Below are positions 1 through 9,726 of a DNA stretch of 21,914 bases, one piece after another. A model generated the notes under the pieces. It had not been told where the DNA came from. It searched no databases and saw only the letters and a program-made list of their open reading frames with translations. Every line of letters begins with the position of its first letter. The stretch's first letter is position 1. Source of the stretch: Notodromas monacha (lineage: Eukaryota); assembly GCA_905338405.1 (NCBI GenBank), contig CAJPEX010000666.1:65741-87654 (forward strand), written 5' to 3'. Both the position numbers and the translations under genes were made by a program.

Positions 1-271
1 CAGAAATAGATTAAATAAAAATAACTCGATACATTTCCTTTGTAAATTCTTGAAAAAATCACTGGGTATCCGCATGTATACGAGGGGATACACGGTTCCG
101 CGCGGAGCAGCTTATATAAAATTGCGGCAGTTCTGGCGGAGCTTCAAAATTTAACAACCGAACATTTCAAGGCCTGCTTTGATCCAACACATGGATCAAA
201 AGGGGTCAGAAGTGTAAGCGAATTGCTGGTGATCAGGTTGAGAAGCTGGCCTCGCAGCTCCTGGCTGACCC

Positions 272-406
272 ACTGCATGATTTTTTTTTCTGGATGACTG
301 GATTGCTCAGAATTAGTTTAACTTGAAATCATTTCATTTCAATGTCATTTTCACTTAAAATCAGTTTCAGCGATCCAGTCATCCAGAAAAAAAAGTGCAT
401 GCAGTA
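272..406. repeat. Hairpin or miniature inverted repeat: ~36-bp arms (ctgcatgatttttttttctggatgactggattgct / agcgatccagtcatccagaaaaaaaagtgcatgcag) around a ~60-bp AT-rich spacer.
   Basis: Direct reading. The arms are reverse complements with ~3 mismatches. Confidence 0.8.
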
Positions 407-566
407 GGTCATTATAGGAGCTGCAAGAGGCCAGCACCCAGCAGCACATGAGCACCACAGGAGCCCTGCAGCATCCTATCTTGCCAATGTCCTTCTCCTT
501 CTCACCCCCTCCTTCTGAAATTTATAGGAACATGTTCAGGTTCTCCAAGACTGCATGGATGATTTT

Positions 567-617
567 TATGGTTGAATTAAGAGAGCATGGATTTTTATGG
601 TTGAATTATTGAATCCT
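567..617. repeat. Short direct duplication (gatttttatggttgaatta, twice, ~30 bp apart).
   Basis: Direct reading. Confidence 0.8.
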
Positions 618-912
618 ACATTTCATCCTTTCTTCATGCAAACAGCTCTTCAGAACAGCAGCTTAGTGGGAAAAGTTGCCTGACTGCATTTTTTTGTTGG
701 GAAGTTTTCATTCAAATGGTTCTTATTGTGACCATTCTGTGGCACTTGGGACCATAAAAATACATACCATTTTAAAAAGAATTGAACAAGCTTTCATTTG
801 GCACTTTTTTCAATGCCACAGGTCAATTTGCTTACTAAGATATTTCAAGTCAAAAATTGGTTCACTTTTTTTGCCCACTATATACAGTAACAAGGTCCTC
901 ATAATAGGCACC

Positions 913-1122
913 AATTACAGTTGAACCTCCCTAAGTTGAACCTCCCTAAGTTGAACCTCCCTAAGTTGAACCTCCCTAAGTTAAACCTCCCTAAGTTGAA
1001 CCTCCCTAAGTTAAACCTCCCTAAGTTGAACCTCCCTAAGTTGAACCTCCCTAAGTTGAACCTCCCTAAGTTGAACCTCCCTAAGTTGAACCTCCCTAAG
1101 TTAAACCTCCCTAAGTAGAATT
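913..1122. repeat. Tandem array of 15-bp unit GTTGAACCTCCCTAA (about 13-14 copies, with a G/A variant GTTAAACC). It is the expanded TIR-proximal subrepeat of family 1 copy A.
   Basis: Direct reading of the sequence. Other copies of the element carry only 2-3 degenerate units at this position (7104-7155, 14409-14462). The six-frame ORF 921-1118 (MNLPKLNLPK...) is merely the array translated. Confidence 0.95.
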
Positions 1123-1561
1123 CCTCCCTAAGTCAACTTTTTTCAAGCCTTTGACTGATTCCCATCAAATCAATGCATTAAACCCCTCCCTAACTCAAAG
1201 TATTTGTTTCTAAAACCTTTTCAAATAAAATTTTCTGAGGCCTTTTAGTTATTATTTCCTTAAAAACAAAAGAGAAAATCATTAAAACAAATGATTTCAT
1301 GCATCTTGAAAGGAATAAGTCAAAGATTAATAGAGCAAATGAACCCCTGTCTTCAAGTTTAAGAAGGTATAGAGACTCATTAATTTGAGCAATTTTATGC
1401 CCAGAATATCCTCATTTACAATTTCCCACACATTTTTCACTTCTCCTGGCAACTATAAAGTTTTTGTTTCCTTAACTGGAAATTTCCAGAAATCAAAACC
1501 TCCTCAAGTCAATTTTTTTCCTGGTCCCTATAGAAATTCGACTTACAGAGATTCAGCTGTA
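916..1561 (+). mobile_element. MITE-like family 1 element, copy A. It has imperfect terminal inverted repeats TACAGTTGAACCT ... AGATTCAGCTGTA, and its internal 15-bp subrepeat is expanded to ~13 units.
   Basis: The same ~600-bp element recurs at 7101-8008 and 14408-14995, with partial copies elsewhere. The 5' end (tacagttgaacc) and 3' end (ttcagctgta) are reverse complements. There is no ORF. The conserved internal blocks are gaggcctt.tggttatta, caaatgaacccctgcctccaagttcagca and cccagaatatcctcat.tacaatttcccaca. Confidence 0.7.
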
Positions 1562-1597
1562 CGTCCGCATCTCGGGGCCCCCCGGCACACTACTACT
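1562..1597 (+). mobile_element. Solo 3' terminal fragment of MITE family 2 (cgtccgcatctcggggcccc...actgta), abutting the end of family 1 copy A.
   Basis: It matches the 3' ends of the family 2 copies at 4245-4281, 9165-9200 and 17545-17575. Confidence 0.5.
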
Positions 1598-1660
1598 GTA
1601 CACGATCAAGTTTCGCTTTTTTCGCAGGCTAAGCCCCGCAGCAGCAGCAGCAGGCCCGCC

Positions 1661-2111
1661 ATGCGGTGTACCAATTCCCAAATCGAACTAGTCGCCGGCG
1701 ACTACGTGTCGCATCAGTCGTCAGCGGACGCGTGCGACACTAATGCCCTCGGCACGTGGCGCCGCGTTGCCGCCTTCTGCGCCGCCCCCGTGTCGACCCG
1801 CGTCCGGCGTTGGCACGTCGGCGTGCTGACCGGCGCCGCGGGGCTGGCAACTGCGCTCGCCGCCGTGCTCGCGATGCGGCTCGTCGTCGTCGACACGCAA
1901 CTCGACGACTACCGACGACTCATGGCCGTGTCTGGCAATCGTGCTACTGTCGTTGACGACGGCAGCACCGACGCTGTGACTGGTCATCATCATCATCATC
2001 ACGACAATGACACCGTGACGTGGAACAACAACCTGCACTTGAAGAAGCAGTTCAATCCTTACTTGGACGACTACGATTTGGTGCCTGAAGGCGAGTTATT
2101 CTCTTACAGCA
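1661..2111 (+). CDS. Candidate first coding exon of the M1 aminopeptidase gene. It would encode a cytoplasmic N-terminus, a hydrophobic signal-anchor (VGVLTGAAGLATALAAVLAMRLVVV) and a stalk containing a His6 run. The 3' boundary is uncertain.
   Basis: This is the only strongly GC-rich block in an AT-rich window. Its C/G-ending codon usage matches the downstream aminopeptidase exons (gac, gtc, cgc, ctc). The two alternative frames give Arg-rich nonsense, which is typical of the off-frames of a real GC3-biased CDS. ATG 1661 sits in a gccATGc context. A ~23-aa hydrophobic segment fits a type II membrane anchor, as in aminopeptidase N. Exon 2 needs 1 nt from the upstream exon (phase 1); within the last 200 nt the only GT meeting that phase with this frame is 2112-2113 (context A|GTGTAC), which would join as ..SYS-R-LEEY... 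That donor is weak. Confidence 0.3.
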
Positions 2112-2639
2112 GTGTACTGTATATTACAGTTGAACCATGTTAAACCGCCCCCCGATTAACTACCACTCCTGCAGAAAGCTGCGAAATTTTTGAGGGATTT
2201 GATTAAATCAGCAGCCGTCTTAAACAGGGCAGCCAGCCCAGGAATGAAAGGATTTTATACTGCCCAGTCAATGGACCCTTTTTTTTTTCAAAGAGTGAAC
2301 CCCTCCGTGGATAGATGCGCCAAATGTCCCAAGTTTGAAGGGATGGGAAAACCTGGTTTAACCGCCATCTGCCAACCGCCAATTTTTTTTGCCATACAAA
2401 CAGGATCTTGGCACTGTTTTTTACCCCAATAAATGGCCAATTTTTGGCTCCTCTCTTCAAGCCTTTATATTTCTGGGTAATATTTTTTAAAATTATTTGT
2501 TTTCTCCATTTAAAGATGCAAAGAATGAGAGATTTATGTCCCAACAAAAAAAGAATGAAGAGTCATCTTCACCAAAAGTAGAATGGGGAGCGATAGAGGT
2601 TGAAACATTAAAAAAATATCAAATACACTCATTAATTCA

Positions 2640-3000
2640 TTAAATACCCAAGTGGAGAAATTGGTGCACACTGGGGATATGTTTGTAATTCTACACAGTG
2701 ACCCTGCTGTGCACCTGAAGTGTACCAAAGTTATTCTGTTGCATATGCATATCCCTAATGTGCACCAATTGTGTGTTCACACAAGGATTACTCAGGGTCA
2801 CATTTGTAAACAAATAAGTTACACCAAGATTACAGTTGGTGCATTTGTGTGATACTCCTGTTCTATCATATTTGTGCATCAAGTGTAGCCCTGGAATGAT
2901 AGCAAAATTTCCTCTACACCAGTGCATACTTGTAACCCCAGAATATCCCATATGCACCAGTTGTGACCATGGTGTGCACCTACTGTGGGGTCACAGCAAA
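2640..3000. repeat. Degenerate subrepeat region rich in the palindromic motifs GTGCAC(C) and GGTCAC/GTGACC, spaced roughly every 40-50 bp.
   Basis: There are eight or more GTGCA(C/T) occurrences, often followed by caattgtgtg, cctgaagtgtacc or cagttgtgacc. The overlapping ORFs on both strands are low-complexity. Confidence 0.4.
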
Positions 3001-3696
3001 AATAGCTCCCCACTCGGGTACTGTGGCAACCCCTCCCTTGTTAAACCGCCAACCCTGTTAAACCACCAAAATTCTGCTGCACATACATTCGCAGTTTAAT
3101 GGGGTTTGACTGTATTTGTTTTCTGATGGTTCATGCTGCATCATTGCTGTGTATATACAATGGAACCTTTTCAAATCAAATTCAGAACAAGATGATACGT
3201 ATAGGTATAGTTCTTGAGTTGGGGAAAACAAAGTTTTTTCCATGCAAAAAAAAGGATTACAGGAAGATACAATTTGTGGTCTTTGAGGCTGGAATTGCTG
3301 GATGAATGAATTGACAGGTTGCTGAACTTTGAAAGCAAAGGGCAGTACTTTTGCACAATTTGTCACTTATTTCATTTTTGGAAAGAATTGTTGCATTTTT
3401 ATTGCTCTTCTCTCCCAGTGGTGTCCAGAATAATAATCCAAAAGAGTACTCACAATTTGAGTTATACAGGCATTACGTTTGATTGGCATAAAACACTTTG
3501 TGTTGACTTCTTTTCTATTGGGGACAGATGTTGCCTCAATATAAGTTTAGTGTTCAAGCTGGATCAAAAGAGTAAAAAAGCATACAGTAAATAAAATACA
3601 GTAACGAGCCTTGGGCAGGGGCCAGAATTCTTTCTTGGAATTCCTTTTCTTGGAATGGATAAAAATATTTTATCCATACAATAGGTCTAATTGACA

Positions 3697-4281
3697 TACA
3701 GTCAGACCCCTGCATGCGGACACCTTGACATGGGGACAATTTGACATAAGAACATTTATTTTTCAATAAAAAATCATAAAAAGAACCAAAATATGGACAC
3801 TGACTCAACATGAGGACATATTGCATGATAAAATTTTCAAAAAATGTTAGAAAAATTGATTTTTATTAGGCTTAGTTGCAAGAAACAGATATTTCCAACC
3901 CTAAGAACTATACAAGAAAAATGCTTTGGTACTTCTCCCATCACTTCATCTAATTTAGAAAATTACCTATAGCACAGAGGGACTTTCTTCTCTCTTTGTG
4001 ACTTGGATGTCATTTTTACAGATGCCAACATTTCAATGAACTGTGCAGCAGTATACTATTCAATGCTCCAAATGTTCTGACTGGGTTAAAAAGACATTCA
4101 CTGAATCAAATTCAAGTGGCAATTTTTTTTCATGGAATTCTGAAGAATATTTCTTCCATAAAACACCAATTAAAAATTATATAATGTCAGTCTATGGGAA
4201 AACAAGACTTGACTTAGGGACAATTCACCTTAGGGACACTGCTGATGCACCAATTATGTCCGCATCTGGGGCCTCAGTGTA
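3697..4281 (+). mobile_element. MITE-like family 2 element (copy 2A, ~585 bp). TIRs are TA-CAGTCAGACCCCTGCATGCGGACA ... TGTCCGCATCTGGGGCCTCAGTG-TA, with TA flanking both ends.
   Basis: The start and end are reverse complements of each other (tacagtcagacccc.gcatgcggaca versus tacactgaggcccc.agatgcggaca). The interior carries repeated GGACA(C/T) and ttgacat/gacttaggg motifs shared with copies at 8622-9200 and 15836-16020. No protein-coding capacity. TA on both flanks suggests a Tc1/mariner-type (Stowaway-like) origin. Confidence 0.6.
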
Positions 4282-4468
4282 TTAATGGAAAGATGTGTCA
4301 ATTAGCCTTTTTTTCTGATACATCTCCAAAAATTACAATACCATGAAACAACTCATTGACATTTTCAACCCATTCAAAAGAAAGAGCCGTATCTGAAAAG
4401 TCCGTACACCGAGGCCCCAGTTCATATCATATATGTGACTCATTTATTGTATATACTCATCATTCCAG

Positions 4469-4799
4469 GACTGGAGGAATACGTAGAAGAAGAAGCTGAG
4501 GATCCCCCGTACTTTCGCCTCCCGTCCCATTTGGAACCCTACTTTTACAAAATCGAACTCTTGCCCTGGTTCGAAGGCCCGAGGAAATTCCAAATCGACG
4601 GACGCGTCGAGATCGACGTCGTTTGCATCCACGCATCCAACAACATCACTTTGGACCAGTTCGAACTCCTCATTGACGAAGAAACAGTCGTCATCACTGA
4701 CGCTGAAAACGGACGCCAACTCCGAGTCCGGGGTACGAAGTACCAGGCCGTGGCTGAGTTTTACGTCATCACGATTGACGAGACGCTCATTCCTGGCAG
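4469..4799 (+). CDS. Exon of the M1 aminopeptidase gene (N-terminal beta-domain), encoding ..LEEYVEEEAEDPPYFRLPSHLEPYFYKIELLPWFEG...TLIPG.
   Basis: The acceptor is a polypyrimidine tract (tatatactcatcattccag) followed by AG at 4467-4468. The donor is CAG|GTACAT at 4800. The sequence contains the YRLP..L.P..Y.L.L.P signature that opens the M1 aminopeptidase N-terminal domain. The exon enters in phase 1 and leaves in phase 2. Confidence 0.8.
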
Positions 4800-5298
4800 G
4801 TACATTGAAATATTCCGTACTTTTTTTAAAATTACTAATTTATTAAAAAAAAATGCAGTAAAAACTTCTTTGATGAACATTTCCCCGCCATAGTCCCAAG
4901 GTATCTTTCCCCTTGACATCCTGACCGAAATTCGGGGTGTGCGACGTAATCGGGAATGAATTTTCCCTGAAAAATTTTCAAAATGTTAGTTTGCACCTCA
5001 CAGCCAAATCACGACAGATTCTATGTTCGAAGAAAATTAAACTAAAAGAGGAAATTTAAAAATTTAGACTCAAATTAAATTTGAAGCCAACTGGAAAAAA
5101 TCAGGTTATTTTTAAATGAATTATCGGGGGTTTCAAATAATTTTTCATTCCACGATTTAAAAAAAAAGATTATCACAAGGAACAACAGAGTATTCAAACA
5201 AACAGATATACTCAAGTTATATTTTTATAACAATCGAAAGCCTCAACATTTTTTTTTCAACTGAATTGAGAAAAAAAGCACCATTTTATTTTCCACAG

Positions 5299-5391
5299 AC
5301 ATTACAGGGTCCAAATGGAATTCGAGTCTCATCTGAATGATCTGTTGGTCGGATTTTACCGAAGCTACTACGACTTCAAGGGAGAGACAAG
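5299..5391 (+). CDS. Exon of the M1 aminopeptidase gene, encoding (R)HYRVQMEFESHLNDLLVGFYRSYYDFKGET(R).
   Basis: The acceptor is ccattttattttccacag|A (AG at 5297-5298). The donor is AAG|GTTTGT (GT at 5392). The peptide contains the conserved GFYRS.Y motif. The phase 2 left by the previous exon is completed to Arg. An alternative in-frame acceptor at 5306-5307 would drop only 3 residues. Confidence 0.7.
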
Positions 5392-6798
5392 GTTTGTGTG
5401 ATGTCAACGCCACGTATTTCAGCTTTTTTTATATAAATTAATTGAATATAGGATTATCGAAAATTTTTCTTTAAAAAATGTTGGACGCGGGGAATTAAAT
5501 GAAAAATAGAAATCAAAATATAAGTGGACTCTCTCTCTCATCTCTATATACAAAGATTTCTCTGTGCAAATAATTTTCTGTTGAATTGAATTGGATTGAA
5601 CAGCAAGCTTTACTTTCTGCTTTTCAGCATTCACAAGGTTCAAGCGATGTTCCCATGTCCTAACCCCCTAGTCCCTACCCTCCAAACCCACATTCATCCA
5701 AACACAGTATTCTTCACATCAGAATGGAAAACAAAGAAACAAGATGTACATCCAAATTAAAAGCAAAGAAAACAAATCCCTGAAAGTGCAACTGCTGCAC
5801 AAATGATAAAAATACATACACTTTCTTCCCTTCCCTGATCACAAAAACCAAATATCAATAATAAGAATTGCAGCATAAAGCAATTACTAAACCCAAATTA
5901 AAGCAAAATACAGTGTTCACGCTGCTCCCAGATAAGGTTTAGTTGATTTAAAAATTTGGAGAGAATCTTTGATGAGAAATCATGCAATAAGATTAACAGA
6001 TTATCTTGATCCTCTTAGATTTTGGTTAGAGTCTTTTCATTGAATTTCAAGAGTCCCAAATATTTTTGAAGCTCATTTCTGTAACTGTGGAAACAGGGTA
6101 TAAGAAAAAAAGGTGCTCTGGTGATGCATCAACTAGTTTATTTATAGTGCAGAAATTACACCACTTAGACACCTTTAAAAATTTCATGAAATTTCTGTTG
6201 ATCCCACGGATTTGTCTACCCATGTTATAAGGGTTCTCTACAACAAATTTCTCTCTAAAACAAAAATTCAATTTCCTTTGTATTTTCTCATCCCTGCAAT
6301 GCATATTTTGGCATTCTTTCAACTTCGTCCTAGAAATAATTTTTGTGGAATTTTTTCTGGGCTTTGGGTATTTGGTTCCAAGTGAACCCCAGTACAACCT
6401 CAACAGTATTTGAGAATGAAATAAAATGACATTAAAATTTGGGTCTTTGATTTTGTATATATACAGGTGGATTCTTTCAACTGCAAAATTCGAAGAACCA
6501 GACAATTTTGCAACAAAGATAATGTTTTGTAGAGAACCTCTACATCAAGAAAAGAGAAGCCTTTGGGACATAAAAAAAAAGCTTTGTACAGAGAATATCC
6601 TTGCTGAAGACATGGTGGCAGAGAGAGAGAGGCCACCTGTATTCGTATGTCATTCGTATTAACCCAGCAAGGTCATCAAGTTATGCCATATAGTTTGAAG
6701 ACCGACCCATGTTATTATTATTTTCTTTTCGATTGTTGCACCGAAAAAGGAATGCACATGCATTTGTATTTCTTTTTCTTCGTCGAAAAAAAAAAAAG

Positions 6799-6960
6799 AG
6801 TAATGGCTGTGAGCCAGTTCGAAGCAACTGAGGCCAGACGAGCATTTCCATGCTTTGATGAACCGCACTTGAAAGCCAACTTCTCCATCATCCTGGGTCG
6901 AAAGGCCAGCGACAACTGGACCTCCATCAGCAACATGCCCTTGCACGAAACTGTCCCCAA
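6799..6960 (+). CDS. Exon of the M1 aminopeptidase gene, encoding (R)[53 protein letters not shown].
   Basis: The peptide carries the signature [18 protein letters not shown]...SNMP. The acceptor AG is at 6797-6798, after a pyrimidine-rich stretch (although the 12 bases immediately upstream are A-rich). The donor is CAA|GTATGT (GT at 6961). Splice phases agree with the neighbouring exons. Confidence 0.85.
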
Positions 6961-7283
6961 GTATGTCGGTATATTATTTTATTTTTTTCTTCATCAAAAT
7001 GTACTTATTCACTTTTCTCAAACTTTATTTACATTGCAATATAAGCGATATATATATATTTTTTTTAATGAACATGAATTACTATGCAGTATGCACACAA
7101 TACAGGTGAACCTTGATAAGTCAAACCTCCTTAAGTCAAATTCCTCCCTCGGTTGAATTTTTTTTCAAGGCCCTGTCTGAATTCCCTTAGATTCAATACA
7201 TTGAAAATCTCCCTGACTCAAAGTCTTTTTCTCTAAAGCCTCTCTAAGTCAAATTTTCTGAGGCCTTCTGGTTATTACTGTAC

Positions 7284-7716
7284 AGTGGACCCCCACCTAA
7301 CAGACCAGGGATTGCATAAGGGATTTTTGCCTAACAGACCAGTTCTGCAGGCAGTTTTTTCTTTTGCCCAACAGACAAAATCAGCCAAACAGACTTGTTT
7401 TGGTTTTAAATTAGTTTTGACAATTGAAATTTTAAATTAGTTTTGACCATTGAAATTTTAGATTAGTTTTTACAATTGAAATTTTAAATTAGTTTTGACA
7501 ATTGAATTTTAGTTTTGACAATTGAAATTTTAAATTAGTTTTGACAATTGAATTTTAAATTAGTTTTGACAATTGAAATTTTAAATTAGTTTTGACAATT
7601 GAAATTTTAAATTTTTTATACTGTATAATTGAATTTGTCTAAAGGACTTTTTGTCCAGCAGACTTGTCCTTTGCACAAATTAAGTCCATTAGACAGGGAT
7701 TGACTGTATTTCCTTG
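7284..7716 (+). mobile_element. Nested insertion inside family 1 copy B. Its ends begin tacagtggaccccc and close ...gacagggattgactgta, and it carries a 29-bp satellite.
   Basis: Copies A and C are continuous across this point (ggttattatttccttgaaatatg). Here the sequence is interrupted between ggttatTAC and tgtatttccttgaaatatg. Both ends start or end with TACAGT / ACTGTA, as in families 1 and 2. Confidence 0.45.
7400..7618. repeat. Tandem satellite of a ~29-bp unit (TTGACAATTGAAATTTTAAATTAGTTTT), about 7.5 copies.
   Basis: Direct reading of the sequence. Units vary by 1-3 bp (one has ttgaccattgaaattttagattagttttt, and there is one 24-bp unit). Confidence 0.9.
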
Positions 7717-8289
7717 AAATATGAAAGAGAAAAATCATGAAAACAAATAATTTGATGCATCTTGAAAGGAATTGAAAGACGATAGAGCATATGAACCCCT
7801 GCCTCCAAGTTCAGCAATAAGGTGTAAACTCATCAGGGATAAAGTTTAGGCCCAGAATATCCTCATTCATGATTTTCCACACTTTGTTCAGCACTTCTCC
7901 TCAGAACAAAAGTGTTTGGTTCCTCAACTGGAAACCTCCAAAAATCAAAACCTCCCAGACTCAAATTATTTTCCTGGTCCCTAGAAATTTGACTTACAGA
8001 GGTTCAATCATAAACGCTTTTGAGGTCTTCCACATTGCACAGCTGGGCGTCTTTCAGTTCATATAATACGCAGAACATGGTGTTGTGAATTTGTGATGGA
8101 AGACTTATTTTTATTTACGAGGTCAATAAATTCGCCAAGTCGAGTTTCCATCAGCAATTCCCACGATGGAAGATTTTTAGAAGAAAAATGGGAAAAATTG
8201 GCTATCATGAAAAAGTGTTTTGTCGGTAATTTTTAATGCCTTTCTGGTTGTTTTTTTTTTCTATCGGAACATGAAATGCTTGTTTTCAG

Positions 8290-8410
8290 TGACGAGCATG
8301 AAGGCTATGTTTGGGACAAGTTCGAGACAACGCCGAAAATGTCGACGTACTTGGTGGCTTTGTGCGTGTCGCAACTCGGCTTCCGGGTTCATCCGGACTC
8401 GAAATTCCGA
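8290..8410 (+). CDS. Exon of the M1 aminopeptidase gene, encoding (N)DEHEGYVWDKFETTPKMSTYLVALCVSQLGFRVHPDSKFR.
   Basis: The acceptor is gcttgttttcag|T (AG at 8288-8289). The donor is CGA|GTAAGT (GT at 8411). The peptide contains the conserved F..TP.MSTYL.A motif. The spacing from SNMP to MSTY (23 residues) matches aminopeptidase N. Confidence 0.8.
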
Positions 8411-8621
8411 GTAAGTTCATTTATTGCACACTTCGAAAGATTCACTAATTTTTTTCTTCTAAGTCTGTAAGAGTCTTTTTTTTTCGATTGAATCGCCACC
8501 GAAAATCAGGCGCAGAAATATCGAGTGATTCAGATGATGCACAAAAAAGCGTACATATATATATGTAGCATGATTTTTAGATTCTATGAATAAATAAAAT
8601 TAGCTAAAAATAATAAAGTAA

Positions 8622-9200
8622 GAGACCCCAAAATGTGGACACCCCGACTTACGGACACTCGGAACAAAAAAGCTACTCCCAACATCCGGACAGTGACTCA
8701 AGATACTGGCATTTTCTCAAGATTTTTGGGGGAAATTCTTACATTTTTTATGCATTTTCGTACTTCAGCTATTTATACATTTATGAATACAGTACAGTAC
8801 TACTGTATAAATAAATTTCATGATCAAACTATGCTAATTTTCTGCTCATTTTTTCCAGTTTTTTCCATCATGAGTTTACTTAGTATAACAACAAATTTTC
8901 TTGTTCTTTGCTTCTTAAATAAGCTCCTTCATCCCGTGCCAAAAGATCAGATTCCGTGTGGTTTTCTTTTGTAAATTCATTTTATGTATCTTGAAGTTGA
9001 GAACAATTTATTTTATTCAATTTTTCGGGGGGGGGGGACTTTTTCTCAACTATTCATTTACTTCAATAGGAGAACCAATTAGAAATATTTTCAATGAAGT
9101 ATTTGGGGAAATGAGGTCTGACATGATGCGGACGCTCCGACTTAGGGACAAGGTCCATGCAAAAATTACGTCCGCATCTCGGGATCCCACTACAGTACTG
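8622..9200 (+). mobile_element. MITE-like family 2 element (copy 2B, ~580 bp) in the intron between the MSTY and GAMEN exons.
   Basis: It begins agagaccccaaaatgtggacaccccgacttacggacac and ends gacttagggacaaggtccatgcaaaaattacgtccgcatctcgggatcccactacagta. Both the ends and the internal GGACA and gacttaggg motifs match copy 2A. Confidence 0.6.
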
Positions 9201-9436
9201 CATGTATGCAGCTTTGACTGGGTTGCGGAATTCTTGGCACGATCGATTCGGGCTGCTCCGTTTTTTTGTCGTCGTTGAATTTCCAGGGATCGAAGTTGAA
9301 AAAATCTCTGAAACACGACGTTCGCTTTGTTAAAAAATTCAACTCAAATACATCAGCTCCTCCAACAAAGTTGACTGCAAATAATATTGCATCAATATTT
9401 TTTCTTTGTACAGTATTTTATTTTTTTTGGTGGAAG

Positions 9437-9615
9437 GTTTGGAGCAGGCCCGAAATGGTGCACATGTCAGATGATGCTTTGGAAGTGGGAGTAACGGTTC
9501 TGAACCACTACGAGCAATTATTTGCTGCTCCGTATCCACTGGAGAAAATGGACCTCGTCGCAGTTTCCGATTTTGCACAAGGAGCCATGGAAAACTGGGG
9601 ACTCGTCACTTTCAG
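9437..9615 (+). CDS. Exon of the M1 aminopeptidase gene carrying the GAMEN substrate-binding motif: VWSRPEMVHMSDDALEVGVTVLNHYEQLFAAPYPLEKMDLVAVSDFAQGAMENWGLVTF(R).
   Basis: The acceptor is tattttattttttttggtggaag|G (AG at 9435-9436). The donor is CAG|GTGAAT (GT at 9616). The peptide matches the motif YPL.K.DLVA.PDF..GAMENWGLVTYR. Confidence 0.9.
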
Positions 9616-9726
9616 GTGAATACAACTTTCAACTGTATTTTAAAAAATGTTTGAACGTGTCGATCAATTTACCCCAAATATGGCGGATTGCTTGAAGTTC
9701 TGTAGAATATTAGCATAATAAAAATG

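Larger units (their letters stand above)
7101..8008 (+). mobile_element. MITE-like family 1 element, copy B, in the intron between the FPCFDEP and MSTY exons. It carries a ~430-bp nested insertion (7284-7716).
   Basis: The 5' end is tacaggtgaaccttgataagtcaaacctcc. The internal blocks are collinear with copy A before 7283 and after 7717. The 3' end, gacttacagaggttcaa, is truncated just before the terminal ctgta. Confidence 0.65.

Noticed and set aside
921-1118. ORF of 65 aa, MNLPKLNLPKLNLPK...
   Set aside because: It is simply the 15-bp tandem repeat translated. The periodicity equals the repeat unit, and it sits inside a non-coding MITE.
1714-2038. Arg-rich + ORF 1756-1956 and minus-strand ORFs 1714-1896 and 1721-2038
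   Set aside because: These are off-frame or antisense readings of a GC3-biased coding block. The Arg/Ala/Pro-rich, low-complexity composition is the usual artefact. Only the 1661-2111 frame shows coherent hydrophobic and polar segments and C-ending codons.
3554-4285. ORFs 3554-3826 (-) and 4043-4285 (+) as genes
   Set aside because: Both lie entirely inside family 2 MITE copy 2A. The peptide TRLDLGTIHLRDTADAPIMSASGASVY arises from the repeated gacttagggaca and tccgcatct TIR motifs, and similar pseudo-peptides recur in other copies (8633-8974, 9050-9316 and 17485-17667 minus).
6047-6505. 152-aa minus-strand ORF in the intron before the FPCFDEP exon
   Set aside because: It is AT-rich, low-complexity (K/N/I/F-rich), has no recognisable domain and no GC3 bias, and no splice-consistent continuation. 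It is most likely a chance ORF in AT-rich intron sequence.
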